Assembly (NCBI GenBank): GCA_964016885.1 | Contig: OZ024740.1 | Coordinates: 30,008,001-30,072,000, forward strand | DNA length: 64,000 bases | Source: Eledone cirrhosa | Lineage: Eukaryota | Direction: 5' to 3' | Shown here: positions 1 through 17,500 of the stretch, in pieces | Layout of the letters: each line of letters opens with the position of its first letter | Numbering within the stretch: position 1 is the first letter of the stretch | The notes under the pieces: model-generated | Database searches by the model: none | Seen by the model: the letters and a program-made list of their open reading frames with translations, nothing else | Told to the model about the DNA's origin: nothing | Made by a program: the position numbers and the translations under genes

Positions 1-1250
1 TGTTGCTACTGTTGTTGTTATTGTTGATGTTGTTGTTACTGTTGTTGTTATTGGTGATGTTGTTGATGTTACTGTTGTTGTTATTGGTGCTGCTGTTGTT
101 GTAACTGTTGTTGTTATTGTTGCTGTTGTAGTTGTTACTCTTGTTGTTATTGCTACTGTTGTTGTTATTGGTGCTGTTGATGTTGTTTCTGTTGCTGTTA
201 TTGGTGCTGTTGTTGTTGTTACTGTTGCTCTTGTTGGTGATGTTGTTGTTGTTACTGCTGTTGTTATTGGTGATGTTGTTGTTGTTACTGTTGCTGTTAT
301 TGGTGCTGTTATTGTTGTTCCTGTTGTTGTTATTGGTGCTGTTGTTGTTGTTACTGTTACTGTTATTGGTGATGTTGTTGTTGTTACTGTTGTTGTTATT
401 GGTGATGTTGTTGTTGTTACTGATGTTGTTATTGATGCAGTTGTTGTTACTGTTGCAGTTATTGGTGCTGCTGTTGTTACTGCTGTTGTTATTGGTGATG
501 TTGTTGTTGTTACTGTTGTTGTTATTGGTGATGTTGTTGTTACTGTTGCTGTTATTGGTGCTGCTGTTGTTGTTACTGTTGTTGTTATTGGTGATGTTGT
601 TGTTACTGTTTTTGTTATTGGTGATGTTGTTGTTACTGTTGTTGTTATTGGTGATGTTGTTGTTGTTACTGTTGTTTTTATTGGTGATATTGTTGTTGTT
701 ACTGTTGTTGTTATTGTTGCTGCTCTTGTTGTTACTGTTGCTGTTATTGGTGCTGCTGTTGTTGTTACTGTTGTTGTTATTGGTGATGTTGTTGTTACTG
801 TTGTTGTTATTGGTGATGTTGTTGTTACTGTTGTTGTTATTGGTGATGTTGTTGTTGTTACTGTTGTTGTTATTGGTGATGTTGTTGTTGTTACTGTTGT
901 TGTTATTGGTGATGTTGTTGTTACTGTTGTTGTTATTGGTGATGTTGTTGTTGTTACTGTTGTTGTTATTGGTGATGTTGTTACTATTGTTGTTATTGGT
1001 GATGTTGTTGTTGTTACTGTTGTTGTTATTGGTGCTGTTGTTGTTGTTACTGTTGTTGTTATTGGTGATGTTGTTGTTGTTACTGTTGCTGTTATTGGTG
1101 CTGTTGTTGTTGTTACTGTTGTTTTTATTGGTGATGTTGTTGTTGTTACTGTTGATGTTATTGGTGCTGCTGTTGTTGTTACTGTTGCTGTTATTGGTGC
1201 TGCTGTTGTTGTTACTGTTTAGGTTATTGGTGCTGTTGTTGTTACTGTTG
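1..1250 (-). repeat. 30/33-bp (GTT)n-derived minisatellite, inverted arm of the same family as 1251-24400; runs off the window edge
   Basis: Units such as gttattggtgatgttgttgttgttactgttgtt are the reverse complement of the downstream unit ccaataacaacaacagtaacaacaacaacatca. Confidence 0.95.
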
Positions 1251-4200
1251 CACCAATAACAGCAACAGTAACAACAACAACATCACCAATAACAACAATA
1301 GTAACAACAACATCACCAATAACAACAACAGTAACAACAACAACATCACCAATAACAACAACAGTAACAACAACATCACCAATAAAAGCAACAGTAACAA
1401 CAACAACATCACCTATAACAGCAACAGTAACAACAACAGCAGCACCAATAACAACAACAGTAACAACAACAGCAGCACCAATAACAACAACAGTAATAAC
1501 AACGGCAGCACCAATAACAACAACAGTAACAACAACAACATCACCAATAACAGCAACAGTAACAACAACAACATCACCTATAACAGCAACAGTAACAACA
1601 ACAACATCACCTATAACAGCAACAGTAACAACAACAACATCACCAATAACAGCAACAGTAACAACAACAACATCACCTATAACAGCAACAGTAACAGCAA
1701 CAACATCACCAATAACAGCAACAGTAACAACAACAACATCACCAATAACAGCAACAGTAACAACAACTACATCACCAATAACAGCAACAGTAACAGCAAC
1801 AACACCAATAACAGCAACAGTAACAACAACAACATCACCAATAACAGCAACAGTAACAACAACAACATCACCTATAACAGCAACAGTAACAGCAACAACA
1901 TCACCTATAACAGCAACAGTAACAACAACAACATCACCTATAACAGCAACAGTAACAACAACAACATCACCAATAACAGCAACAGTAACAACAACAACAT
2001 CACCTATAACAGCAACAGTAACAACAACAACATCACCTATAACAGCAACAGTAACAACAACAACATCACCTATAACAGCAACAGTAACAACAACAACATC
2101 ACCAATAACAGCAACAGTAACAACAACAACATCACCTATAACAGCAACAGTAACAGCAACAACATCACCAATAACAGCAACAGTAACAACAACAACTTCA
2201 CCAATAACAGCAACAGTAACAACAACAGCAGCACTAATAACAACAACAGTAACAACAACAGCAGCACCTATAACAGCAACAGTAACAACAACAACATCAC
2301 CTATAACAGCAACAGTAAGAACAACATCACCAATAACAACAACAGTAACAACAACTGCAGCACCAATAACAACAACAGTAACAACAACAACATCACCAAT
2401 AACAACAACAGTAACAACAACATCACCAATAACAGCAACAATAACAACAACAGTAACAACAACAACATCACAAATAACAGCAACAGTAACAACAACAACA
2501 TCACCAATAACAGCAACAGTAACAACAACAACATCACCTATAACAACAACAGTAACAACAAAAACATCACCTATAACAGCAACAGTAACAACAACAGTAA
2601 CAACAACAGCAGCACCAATAACAACAACAGTAACAACAACAGCAGCACCAATAACAACAACAGTAACAACAAAAACATCACCTATAACAGCAACAGTAAC
2701 AACAACAGCAGCACTAATAACAACAACAGTAACAACAACAGCAGCACCTATAACAGCAACAGTAACAACAACAACATCACCAATAACAGCAACAGTAAGA
2801 ACAACATCACCAATAACAACAACAGTAACAACAACTGCAGCACCAATAACAACAACAGTAACAACAACTGCAGCACCAATAACAGCAACAGTAACAACAA
2901 CAACATCACCAATAACAACAACAGTAACAATAACAACATCACCAATAACAACAACATTAACAACAACAACAGTACCAATAACAACAACAGTAACAACAAC
3001 AACAGCACCAATAACAACAACAGTAACAACAACAGTAGCACCAGTAACAACAACAGTAACAACAACAACAGCACCAATAACAACAACAGTAACAACAACA
3101 ACAGTACCAATAACAACAACAGTAAAAACAACAACAGCACCAATAACAACAACAGTAACAACAACAACATCACCAATAACAACAACAGTAACAACAACAA
3201 CATCACCAATAACAACAACAGTAACAACAACAACATCACCAATAACAACAACAGTAACAACAACAGTAACAACAACAGCAGCACCAATGACAGCAACAGT
3301 AACAACAACAACATAACCAATAACAACAACAGTAACAAAAACAACATCACCAATAACAGCAACAGTAACAACAACAACATCACCAATAACAACAACAGTA
3401 ACAACAACAACATCACCAATAACAGCAACAGTAACAACAACAACATCACCAATAACAACAACAGTAACAACAACAACAGCACCAATAACAGCAACAGTAA
3501 CAACAACAGCAGCACCAATAACAGCAACAGTAACAACAACAGCAGCACCGATAACAGCAACAGTAACAACAACAACATCACCAATAACAGCAACAGTAAC
3601 AACAACAGCAGCACCAATAACAGCAACAGTAACAACAACAGCAGCACCGATAACAGCAACAGTAAAAACAACAACAGCACCAATAACAACAACAGTAACA
3701 ACAACAACATCACCAATAACAACAACAGTAACAACAACAACATCACCAATATCAGCAACAGTAACAACAACAGCAGCACCAATAACAGCAACAGTAACAA
3801 CAACAACATCACCAATAACAAAAACAGTAACAACAACATCATCACCAATAACAGCAACAGTAACAACAGCAGCAGCACCAATAACAACAATAGTAACAAC
3901 AACAACATCACCAATAACAACAACAGTAACAACAACAACAGCACCAATGTCAGCAACAGTAACAACAACAACAACATCACCAATAACCACAACAATAACA
4001 ACAACAACAGCACCAATAACAATAACAGTAACAACAACAACATCACCAATAACAACAACAGTAACAACAGCAGCAGCACCAATAACAACAACAGTAACGA
4101 CAACATCACCAATAACAGCAACAGAAACAACAACAACAGCACCAATAACAGCAACAGTCACAACAACAACATCACCAATAACAACAACAGTAACAACAAC

Positions 4201-5502
4201 AGCAGCACCAATAACACAACAGTAACAACAACAGCAGCACCAATAACAACAACAGTAACAACAACAACATCACCAATAACAGCAACAGCAACAACAACAA
4301 CAGCACCAATAACAACAACAGTAACAACAACAGCAGCACCAATAACAGCAACAGTCACAACAACAACATCACCAATAACAGCAACAGAAACAACAACAAC
4401 AGCACCAATAACAGCAACAGCCACAACAACAACATCACCAATAACAACAACAGCAACAACAACAGCAGCACCAATAACAGCAACAGTAACAACAACAGCA
4501 GCACTAATAACAGCAACAATAACACAGCAGCAGCACCAATAACAACAACAGTAACAACAACATCACCAATAACAGCAACAGTAACAACAACAATATCACC
4601 TATAACAGCAACAGTAACAACAACAACATCACCAATAACAACAACAGTAACAACAACAACAGCACTAATAACAGCAACAATAACACAGCAGCAGCACCAA
4701 TAACAACAACAGTAACAACAACATCACCAATAACAGCAACAGTAACAACAACAATATCACCTATAACAGCAACAGTAACAACAACAACATCACCAATAAC
4801 AACAACAGTAACAACAACAACAGCACTAATAACAGCAACAATAACACAGCAGCAGCACCAATAACAGCAACAGTAACAACAACAACATCACCAATAACAG
4901 CAACAGTAACAACAACAATATCACCTATAACAGCAACAGTAACAACAACAACATCACCAATAACAACAACAGTAACAACAACAACAGCACCAATAACAAC
5001 AACAGTAACAACAACAACATCACCAATAACAACAACAGTAACAACAGCAGCAGCACCAATAACAACAACAGTAACAAAAACAACATCACCAATAACAGCA
5101 ACAGTAACAACAACAACATCACCAATAACCACAACAGTAACAACAACAACAGCACCAATAACAACAACAGTAACAACAACAACAGCACCAATAACAGCAA
5201 CAGTCACAACAACAACAGCACCAATAACAACAACAGTAACGACAACATCACCAATAACAACAACAGTAACAACAACAGCAGCACCAATAACAACAACAGT
5301 AACAACAACAGCAGCACCAATAACAACAACAGTAACAACAACAACATCACCAATAACAGCAACAGCAACAACAACAACAACAGTAACAACAACAACAGCA
5401 CCAATAACAACAACAGTAACAACAACAGCAGCACCAATAACTGCAACAGTAACAACAACAGCAGCACCAATAACAACAACAGTAACAACAACAACAGCAC
5501 CA

Positions 5503-8500
5503 ATGTCAGCAACAGTAACAACAACAACAACATCACCAATAACAACAACAGTAACAACAACAGCAGCACCAATAACAAAAGCAGTAACAACAACAACATC
5601 ACCAATAACAGCAACAGTAACAACAACAACATCACCAATAACAACAACAGTAACAACAGCAGCAGCACCAATAACTGCAACAGTAACAACAACAGCAGCA
5701 CCAATAACAACAACAGTAACAACAACAGCAGCACCAATAACAACAACAGTAACAATAACAGCAGCACCAATAACAACAACAGTAATAACAACAGCAGCAC
5801 CAATAACAACAACAGTAACAACAACAACATCACCAATAACAGCAACAGTAACAACAACAACATCACCTATAACAGCAACAGTAACAACAACAACATCACC
5901 TATAACAGCAACAGTAACAACAACAACATCACCTATAACAGCAACAGTAACAACAACAACATCACCAATAACAGCAACAGTAACAACAACAACATCACCA
6001 ATAACAGCAACAGTAACAACAACAACATCACCTATAACAGCAACAGTAACAACAACAGCAGCACTAATAACAACAACAGTAACAACAACATCACCTATAA
6101 CAGCAACAGTAACAACAGCAGCACTAATAACAACAACAGTAACAACAACAGCAGCACCAATGACTGCAACAGTAACAACAACAGTAACAACAACAACAGC
6201 ACCTATAACAGCAACAGTAACAACAACAACATCACCTATAACAGCAACAGTAACAACAACTGCAGCACCAATAAGAACAACAGTAACAACAACTTCAGCA
6301 CCAATAACAGCAACAGTAACAACAACAACATCACCTATAACAGCAACAGTAACAACAACTGCAGCACCAATAACAACAACAGTAACAACAACTTCAGCAC
6401 CAATAACAGCAACAGTAACAACAACAACATCACCAATAACAACAACAGTAACAACAACTTCAGCACCAATAACAGCAACAGTAACAACAACAGCAGCACC
6501 AATAACAAAAACATTAACAAAAACAACATCACCAATAACAGCAACAGTAACAACAACAACATCACCAATAACAACAACAGTAACAACAACAACATCACCA
6601 ATAACAGCAACAGTAACAACAACAACATCACCAATAACAACAACAGTAACAAAAACAACATCACCAATAACAGCAACAGTAACAACAACAACATCACCAA
6701 TAACAACAACATTAACAACAACAACATCACCATTAACAGCAACAGTAACAACAACAACATCACCAATAACAACAACAGTAACAAAAACAACATCACCAAT
6801 AACAACAACAGTAACAAAAACAACAGCACCAATAACAACAACAGTAACAAAAACAACATCACCAATAACAGCAACAGTAACAACAACAACATCACCAATA
6901 ACAACAACAGTAACAACAACAGCAGCACAAGTAACAGCAACAGTAACAACAACAGCAGCACCAATAACAGCAACAGTAACAACAACAACATCACCAATAA
7001 CAGCAACAGTAACAACAACATCACCAATAACAGCAACAGTAACAAGAACAACAGCACCAATAACAGCAACAGTAACAACAACAACATCACCAATAACAGC
7101 AACAGTAACAACAACAGCAGCACCAATAACAACAACAGTAACAACAACAACAGCACCAATGTCAGCAACAGTAACAACAACAACAACATCTTCAATAACC
7201 ACAACAGTAACAACAACAACAGCACCAATAACAACAACAGTAACAACAACAACATCACCAATAACAACAACAGTAACAACAGCAGCAGCACCAATAACTG
7301 CAACAGTAACAACAACAGCAGCACCAATAACAACAACAGTAACAACAACAACAGCACCAATGTCAGCAACAGTAACAACAACAACAACATCACCAATAAC
7401 AACAACAGTAACAACAACAGCAGCACCAATAACAAAAGCAGTAACAACAACAACATCACCAATAACAACAACAGTAACAACAACAACATCACCAATAACA
7501 GCAACAGTAACAACAACAACATCACCAATAACAGCAACAGTAACAACAACAACAGCACCAATAACAACAACAGTAACAACAACAACATCACCAATAACAA
7601 CAACAGTAACAACAACAACATCACCAATAACAGCAACAGTAACAACAACAACATCACCAATAACAGCAACAGTAACAACAACAACAGCACCAATAACAAC
7701 AACAGTAACAACAACAACAGCAACAATGTCAGCAACAGTAACAACAACAACAACATCACCAATAACAACAACAGTAACAACAACAGCAGCACCAATAACA
7801 AAAGCAGTAACAACAACACCATCACCAATAACAACAACAGTAACAACAACAACATCACCAATAACAGCAACAGTAACAACAACAACAGCACCAATAACAA
7901 CAACAGTAACAACAACAACAGCACCAATGTCAGCAACAGTAACAACAACAACAACATCACCAATAACAACAACAGTAACAACAACAGCAGCACCAATAAC
8001 AAAAGCAGTAACAACAACACCATCACCAATAACAACAACAGTAACAACAACAACATCACCAATAACAGCAACAGTAACAACAACAACATCACCAATAACA
8101 GCAACAGTAACAACAACAACATCACCAATAACAACAACAGTAACAACAACAACATCACCAATAACAACAACAGTAACAACAACAACATCACCAATAACAG
8201 CAACAGTAACAACAACAACATCACCAATAACAGCAACAGTAACAACAACAACAGCACCAATAACAACAACAGTAACAACAACAACATCACCAATAACAAC
8301 AACAGTAACAACAACAACATCACCAATAACAGCAACAGTAACAACAACAACATCACCAATAACAGCAACAGTAACAACAACAACATCACCAATAACAACA
8401 ACAGTAACAACAACAACATCACCAATAACAGCAACAGTAACAACAACAACATCACCAATAACAGCAACAGTAACAACAACAACAGCACCAATAACAACAA

Positions 8501-11500
8501 CAGTAACAACAACAACATCACCAATAACAACAACAGTAACAACAACAACATCACCAATAACAGCAACAGTAACAACAACAACATCACCAATAACAACAAC
8601 AGTAACAACAACAACATCACCAATAACAACAACAGTAACAACAACAACATCACCAATAACAGCAACAGTAACAACAACAACATCACCAATAACAGCAACA
8701 GTAACAACAACAACAGCACCAATAACAACAACAGTAACAACAACAACATCACCAATAATAACAACAGTAACAACAACAACATCACCAATAACAGCAACAG
8801 TAACAACAACAACATCACCAATAACAGCAACAGTAACAACAACAACATCACCAATAACAGCAACAGTAACAACAACAACAGCACCAATAACAAAAGCAGT
8901 AACAACAACAACATCACCAATAACAACAACAGTAACAAAAACAACATCACCAATAACAGCAACAGTAACAACAACAACAGCACCAATAACAGCAACAATA
9001 ACAACAGCAGCAGCACCAATAACAGCAACAATAACAACAGCAGTAACAACAACATCACCAATAACAGCAACAGTAACAACAACAGCAGCCCCAATAACAG
9101 CAACAGTAACAACAACATCACCAATAACAGCAACAGTAACAACAACAGCAGCACCAATAACAGCAACAGTAACAACAACATCACCAATAACAACAACAGT
9201 AACAACAACATCACCAATAACAGCAACAGTAACAACAACAGCAGCACCAATAACAACAACAGTAACAACAACATCACCAATAACAACAACAGTAACAACA
9301 ACAGCAGCACCAATAACAACAACAGTGACAACAACAACAGCACCAATAACAACAACAGTAACAACAGCAGCACCAATAACAACAACAGTAACAACAACAA
9401 CAGCACCAATAACAACAACAGTAACAACAACAACAGCACCAATAACAACAACAGTAACAACACCAACAGAACCAATAACAGCAACAGTAACAACAACAGC
9501 AGCACCAACAAGAGCAACAGTAACAACAACAACAGCACCAATAACAGCAACAGTAACAACAACAACAGCACCAATAACAGCAACAGTAACAACAACAACA
9601 TCACCAATAACAGCAACAGTAACAACAACAGCAGCACCAATAACAGCAACAGTAACAACAACATCACCAATAACAACAACAGTAACAACAACATCACCAA
9701 TAACAGCAACAGTAACAACAACAGCAGCACCAATAACAACAACAGTAACAACAACATCACCAATAACAACAACAGTAACAACAACAGCAGCACCAATAAC
9801 AACAACAGTGACAACAACAACAGCACCAATAACAACAACAGTAACAACAGCAGCACCAATAACAACAACAGTAACAACAACAGCAGCACCAATAACAACA
9901 ACAGTAACAACAACAACAGCACCAATAACAACAACAGTAACAACACCAACAGAACCAATAACAGCAACAGTAACAACAACAGCAGCACCAACAAGAGCAA
10001 CAGTAACAACAACAACAGCACCAATAACAGCAACAGTAACAACAACAACATCACCAATAACAACAACAGTAACAACAACATCACCAATAACAACAACAGT
10101 AACAACAACAGCAGCACCAATAACAACAACAGTGACAACAACAACATCACCAATAACAACAACAGTAACAACAACAACAGCACCAATAACAACAACAGTA
10201 ACAACAACAACATCACCAATAACAACAACAGTAACAACAACAGCAGCACCAATAACAACAACAGTAACAAAAACAACAGCACCAATAACAACAACAGTAA
10301 CAACAACAACAGCACCAATAACAACAACAGTAACAACAACAACATCACCAATAACAACAACAGTAACAACAGCAGCACCAATAACAACAACAGTAACAAC
10401 AGCACCAGCACCAATAACAGCAACAGTAACAACAACAACAGCACCAATAACAACAACTGTAACAACAACAACATCACCAATAACAACAACAGTAACAACA
10501 ACAGCAGCACCAATAACAGCAACAGTAACAACAACATCACCAATAACAGCAACAGTAACAACAACAACATCACCAATAACAACAACAGTAACAACAACAA
10601 CATCACCAATAACAACAACAGTAACAACAACAGCAGCACCAATAACAGCAACAGTAACAACAACAACATCACCAATAACAACAGCAGTAACAACAACAAC
10701 ATCACCAATAACAGCAACAGTAACAACAACAACATCACCAATAACAACAACAGTAACAACAACAACAGCACCAATAACAACAACAGTAACAACAACAACA
10801 TCACCAATAACAACAATAGTAACAACAACAACATCACCAATAACAACAACAGTAACAACAACAACATCACCAATATCAACAACAGTAACAACAACAACAT
10901 CACCAATAACAACAACAGTAACAACAACAACATCACCAATAACAACAACAGTAACAAAAACAACATCACCAATAACAACAACAGTAACAACAACAGCAGC
11001 ACCAATAACAGCAACAGAAACAACAACAACATCACCAATAACAACAACAGTAACAACAACAACATCACCTATAACAGCAACAGTAACAACAACAACATCA
11101 CCTATAACAGCAACAGTAACAACAACAACATCACCAATAACAACAGCAGTAACAACAACAACATCACCAATAACAACAGCAGTAACAACAACAACATCAC
11201 CAATAACAACAACAGTAACAACAACAACATCACCAATAACAACAGCAGTAACAACAACAACATCACCAATAACAACAGCAGTAACAACAACAACATCACC
11301 AATAACAACAACAGTAACAACAACAACATCACCAATAACAACAGCAGTAACAACAACAACATCACCAATAACAGCAACAGTAACAACAACAACATCACCA
11401 ATAACAACAACAGTAACAACAACAACATCACCAATAACAACAATAGTAACAACAACAACATCACCAATAACAACAACAGTAACAACAACAACATCACCAA

Positions 11501-14500
11501 TAACAACAACAGTAACAACAACATCACCAATAACAACAACAGTAACAACAACAGCAGCACCAATAACAGCAACAGAAACAACAACAACATCACCAATAAC
11601 AACAACAGTAACAACAACAACATCACCTATAACAGCAACAGTAACAACAACAACATCACCTATAACAGCAACAGTAACAACAACAACATCACCTATAACA
11701 GCAACAGTAACAACAACAGCAGCACCAATAACAGCAACAGTAACAATAATAACAGCAGCACCAATAACAACAACAGTAACAAAAACAGCAGCACCAATAA
11801 CAACAACAGTAACAACAACAGCAGCACCAATAACAACAACAACAGTAACAACAACAACATCACCAATAACAGCAACAGCAACAACAACAACATCACCAAT
11901 AACAACAACAGTAACAACAACAACAGCACCAATAACAACAAGAGTAACAACAACATCACCAATAACAACAACAGTAACAACAACAACAGCACCAATAACA
12001 ACAAGAGTAACAACAACATCACCAATAACAACAACAGTAACAACAACAACAGCACCAATAACAACAAGAGTAACGACAACATCACCAATAACAACAACAG
12101 TAACAACAACAACAGCACCAATAACAACAAGAGTAACAACAACATCACCAATAACAGCAACAGTAACAACAACAACAGCACCAATAACAACAACAGTAAC
12201 AACAACATCACCAATAACAGCAACAGTAACAACAACAGCAGCACCAATAACAGCAATAGTAACAACAACAGCAGCACCAATAACAACAACAGGAACAACA
12301 ACAACATCGCCAATAACGACAACAGTAACAACAACAACAGCACCAATAACAGCCACAGTAACAACAGCAGCAGCAACAATAACAACAACAGTAACAACAA
12401 CATCACCAATAACAGCAACAGTAACAACAACAGCAGCACCAATAACAGCAACAGTAACGACAACATCACCAATAACAGCCACAGTAACAACAGCAGCAGC
12501 AACAATAACAACAACAGTAACAACAACATCACCGATAACAGCAACAGTAACAACAACAGCAGCACCAATAACAGCAACAGTAACAACAACATCACCAATA
12601 ACAGCAACAGTAACAACAACATCACCAATAACAGCAACAGTAACAACAACAGCAGCCCCAATAACAGCAACAGTAACAACAACAACATCACCAATAACAA
12701 CAACAGTAACAACAACAACATCACCAATAACAGCAACAGTAACAACAACAACATCACCAATAACAACAACAGTAACAAAAACAACATCACCAATAACAGC
12801 AACAGTAACAACAACAACATCACCAATAACAACAACATTAACAACAACAACATCACCATTAACAGCAACAGTAACAACAACAACATCACCAATAACAACA
12901 ACAGTAACAAAAACAACATCACCAATAACAACAACAGTAACAAAAACAACAGCACCAATAACAACAACAGTAACAAAAACAACATCACCAATAACAGCAA
13001 CAGTAACAACAACAACATCACCAATAACAACAACAGTAACAACAACAGCAGCACAAGTAACAGCAACAGTAACAACAACAGCAGCACCAATAACAGCAAC
13101 AGTAACAACAACAACATCACCAATAACAGCAACAGTAACAACAACATCACCAATAACAGCAACAGTAACAAGAACAACAGCACCAATAACAGCAACAGTA
13201 ACAACAACAACAGCACCAATGTCAGCAACAGTAACAACAACAACAACATCTTCAATAACCACAACAGTAACAACAACAACAGCACCAATAACAACAACAG
13301 TAACAACAACAACATCACCAATAACAACAACAGTAACAACAGCAGCAGCACCAATAACTGCAACAGTAACAACAACAGCAGCACCAATAACAACAACAGT
13401 AACAACAACAACAGCACCAATGTCAGCAACAGTAACAACAACAACAACATCACCAATAACAACAACAGTAACAACAACAGCAGCACCAATAACAAAAGCA
13501 GTAACAACAACAACATCACCAATAACAACAACAGTAACAACAACAACATCACCAATAACAGCAACAGTAACAACAACAACATCACCAATAACAGCAACAG
13601 TAACAACAACAACAGCACCAATAACAACAACAGTAACAACAACAACATCACCAATAACAACAACAGTAACAACAACAACATCACCAATAACAGCAACAGT
13701 AACAACAACAACATCACCAATAACAGCAACAGTAACAACAACAACAGCACCAATAACAACAACAGTAACAACAACAACAGCAACAATGTCAGCAACAGTA
13801 ACAACAACAACAACATCACCAATAACAACAACAGTAACAACAACAGCAGCACCAATAACAAAAGCAGTAACAACAACACCATCACCAATAACAACAACAG
13901 TAACAACAACAACATCACCAATAACAGCAACAGTAACAACAACAACAGCACCAATAACAACAACAGTAACAACAACAACAGCACCAATGTCAGCAACAGT
14001 AACAACAACAACAACATCACCAATAACAACAACAGTAACAACAACAGCAGCACCAATAACAAAAGCAGTAACAACAACACCATCACCAATAACAACAACA
14101 GTAACAACAACAACATCACCAATAACAGCAACAGTAACAACAACAACATCACCAATAACAGCAACAGTAACAACAACAACATCACCAATAACAACAACAG
14201 TAACAACAACAACATCACCAATAACAACAACAGTAACAACAACAACATCACCAATAACAGCAACAGTAACAACAACAACATCACCAATAACAGCAACAGT
14301 AACAACAACAACAGCACCAATAACAACAACAGTAACAACAACAACATCACCAATAACAACAACAGTAACAACAACAACATCACCAATAACAGCAACAGTA
14401 ACAACAACAACATCACCAATAACAGCAACAGTAACAACAACAACATCACCAATAACAACAACAGTAACAACAACAACATCACCAATAACAGCAACAGTAA

Positions 14501-17500
14501 CAACAACAACATCACCAATAACAGCAACAGTAACAACAACAACAGCACCAATAACAACAACAGTAACAACAACAACATCACCAATAACAACAACAGTAAC
14601 AACAACAACATCACCAATAACAGCAACAGTAACAACAACAACATCACCAATAACAGCAACAGTAACAACAACAACATCACCAATAACAACAACAGTAACA
14701 ACAACAACATCACCAATAACAGCAACAGTAACAACAACAACATCACCAATAACAGCAACAGTAACAACAACAACAGCACCAATAACAACAACAGTAACAA
14801 CAACAACATCACCAATAACAACAACAGTAACAACAACAACATCACCAATAACAGCAACAGTAACAACAACAACATCACCAATAACAGCAACAGTAACAAC
14901 AACAACATCACCAATAACAGCAACAGTAACAACAACAACAGCACCAATAACAAAAGCAGTAACAACAACATCACCAATAACAACAACAGTAACAAAAACA
15001 ACATCACCAATAACAGCAACAGTAACAACAACAACAGCACCAATAACAGCAACAATAACAACAGCAGCAGCACCAATAACAGCAACAATAACAACAGCAG
15101 TAACAACAACATCACCAATAACAGCAACAGTAACAACAACAGCAGCCCCAATAACAGCAACAGTAACAACAACATCACCAATAACAGCAACAGTAACAAC
15201 AACAGCAGCACCAATAACAGCAACAGTAACAACAACATCACCAATAACAACAACAGTAACAACAACATCACCAATAACAGCAACAGTGACAACAACAGCA
15301 GCACCAATAACAACAACAGTAACAACAACATCACCAATAACAACAACAGTAACAACAACAGCAGCACCAATAACAACAACAGTGACAACAACAACAGCAC
15401 CAATAACAACAACAGTAACAACAGCAGCACCAATAACAACAACAGTAACAACAACAACAGCACCAATAACAACAACAGTAACAACAACAACAGCACCAAT
15501 AACAACAACAGTAACAACACCAACAGAACCAATAACAGCAACAGTAACAACAACAGCAGCACCAACAAGAGCAACCGTAACAACAACAACAGCACCAATA
15601 ACAGCAACAGTAACAACAACAACAGCACCAATAACAGCAACAGTAACAACAACAACATCACCAATAACAGCAACAGTAACAACAACAGCAGCACCAATAA
15701 CAGCAACAGTAACAACAACATCACCAATAACAACAACAGTAACAACAACATCACCAATAACAGCAACAGTAACAACAACAGCAGCACCAATAACAACAAC
15801 AGTAACAACAACATCACCAATAACAACAACAGTAACAACAACAGCAGCACCAATAACAACAACAGTGACAACAACAACAGCACCAATAACAACAACAGTA
15901 ACAACAGCAGCACCAATAACAACAACAGTAACAACAACAGCAGCACCAATAACAACAACAGTAACAACAACAACAGCACCAATAACAACAACAGTAACAA
16001 CACCAACAGAACCAATAACAGCAACAGTAACAACAACAGCAGCACCAACAAGAGCAACAGTAACAACAACAACAGCACCAATAACAGCAACAGTAACAAC
16101 AACAACATCACCAATAACAACAACAGTAACAACAACATCACCAATAACAACAACAGTAACAACAACAGCAGCACCAATAACAACAACAGTGACAACAACA
16201 ACATCACCAATAACAACAACAGTAACAACAACAACAGCACCAATAACAACAACAGTAACAACAACAACATCACCAATAACAACAACAGTAACAACAACAG
16301 CAGCACCAATAACAACAACAGTAACAAAAACAACAGCACCAATAACAACAACAGTAACAACAACAACAGCACCAATAACAACAACAGTAACAACAACAAC
16401 ATCACCAATAACAACAACAGTAACAACAGCAGCACCAATAACAACAACAGTAACAACAGCACCAGCACCAATAACAGCAACAGTAACAACAACAACAGCA
16501 CCAATAACAACAACTGTAACAACAACAACATCACCAATAACAACAACAGTAACAACAACAGCAGCACCAATAACAGCAACAGTAACAACAACATCACCAA
16601 TAACAGCAACAGTAACAACAACAACATCACCAATAACAACAACAGTAACAACAACAACATCACCAATAACAACAACAGTAACAACAACAGCAGCACCAAT
16701 AACAGCAACAGTAACAACAACAACATCACCAATAACAACAGCAGTAACAACAACAACATCACCAATAACAGCAACAGTAACAACAACAACATCACCAATA
16801 ACAACAACAGTAACAACAACAACAGCACCAATAACAACAACAGTAACAACAACAACATCACCAATAACAACAATAGTAACAACAACAACATCACCAATAA
16901 CAACAACAGTAACAACAACAACATCACCAATATCAACAACAGTAACAACAACAACATCACCAATAACAACAACAGTAACAACAACAACATCACCAATAAC
17001 AACAACAGTAACAAAAACAACATCACCAATAACAACAACAGTAACAACAACAGCAGCACCAATAACAGCAACAGAAACAACAACAACATCACCAATAACA
17101 ACAACAGTAACAACAACAACATCACCTATAACAGCAACAGTAACAACAACAACATCACCTATAACAGCAACAGTAACAACAACAACATCACCAATAACAA
17201 CAGCAGTAACAACAACAACATCACCAATAACAACAGCAGTAACAACAACAACATCACCAATAACAACAACAGTAACAACAACAACATCACCAATAACAAC
17301 AGCAGTAACAACAACAACATCACCAATAACAACAGCAGTAACAACAACAACATCACCAATAACAACAACAGTAACAACAACAACATCACCAATAACAACA
17401 GCAGTAACAACAACAACATCACCAATAACAGCAACAGTAACAACAACAACATCACCAATAACAACAACAGTAACAACAACAACATCACCAATAACAACAA

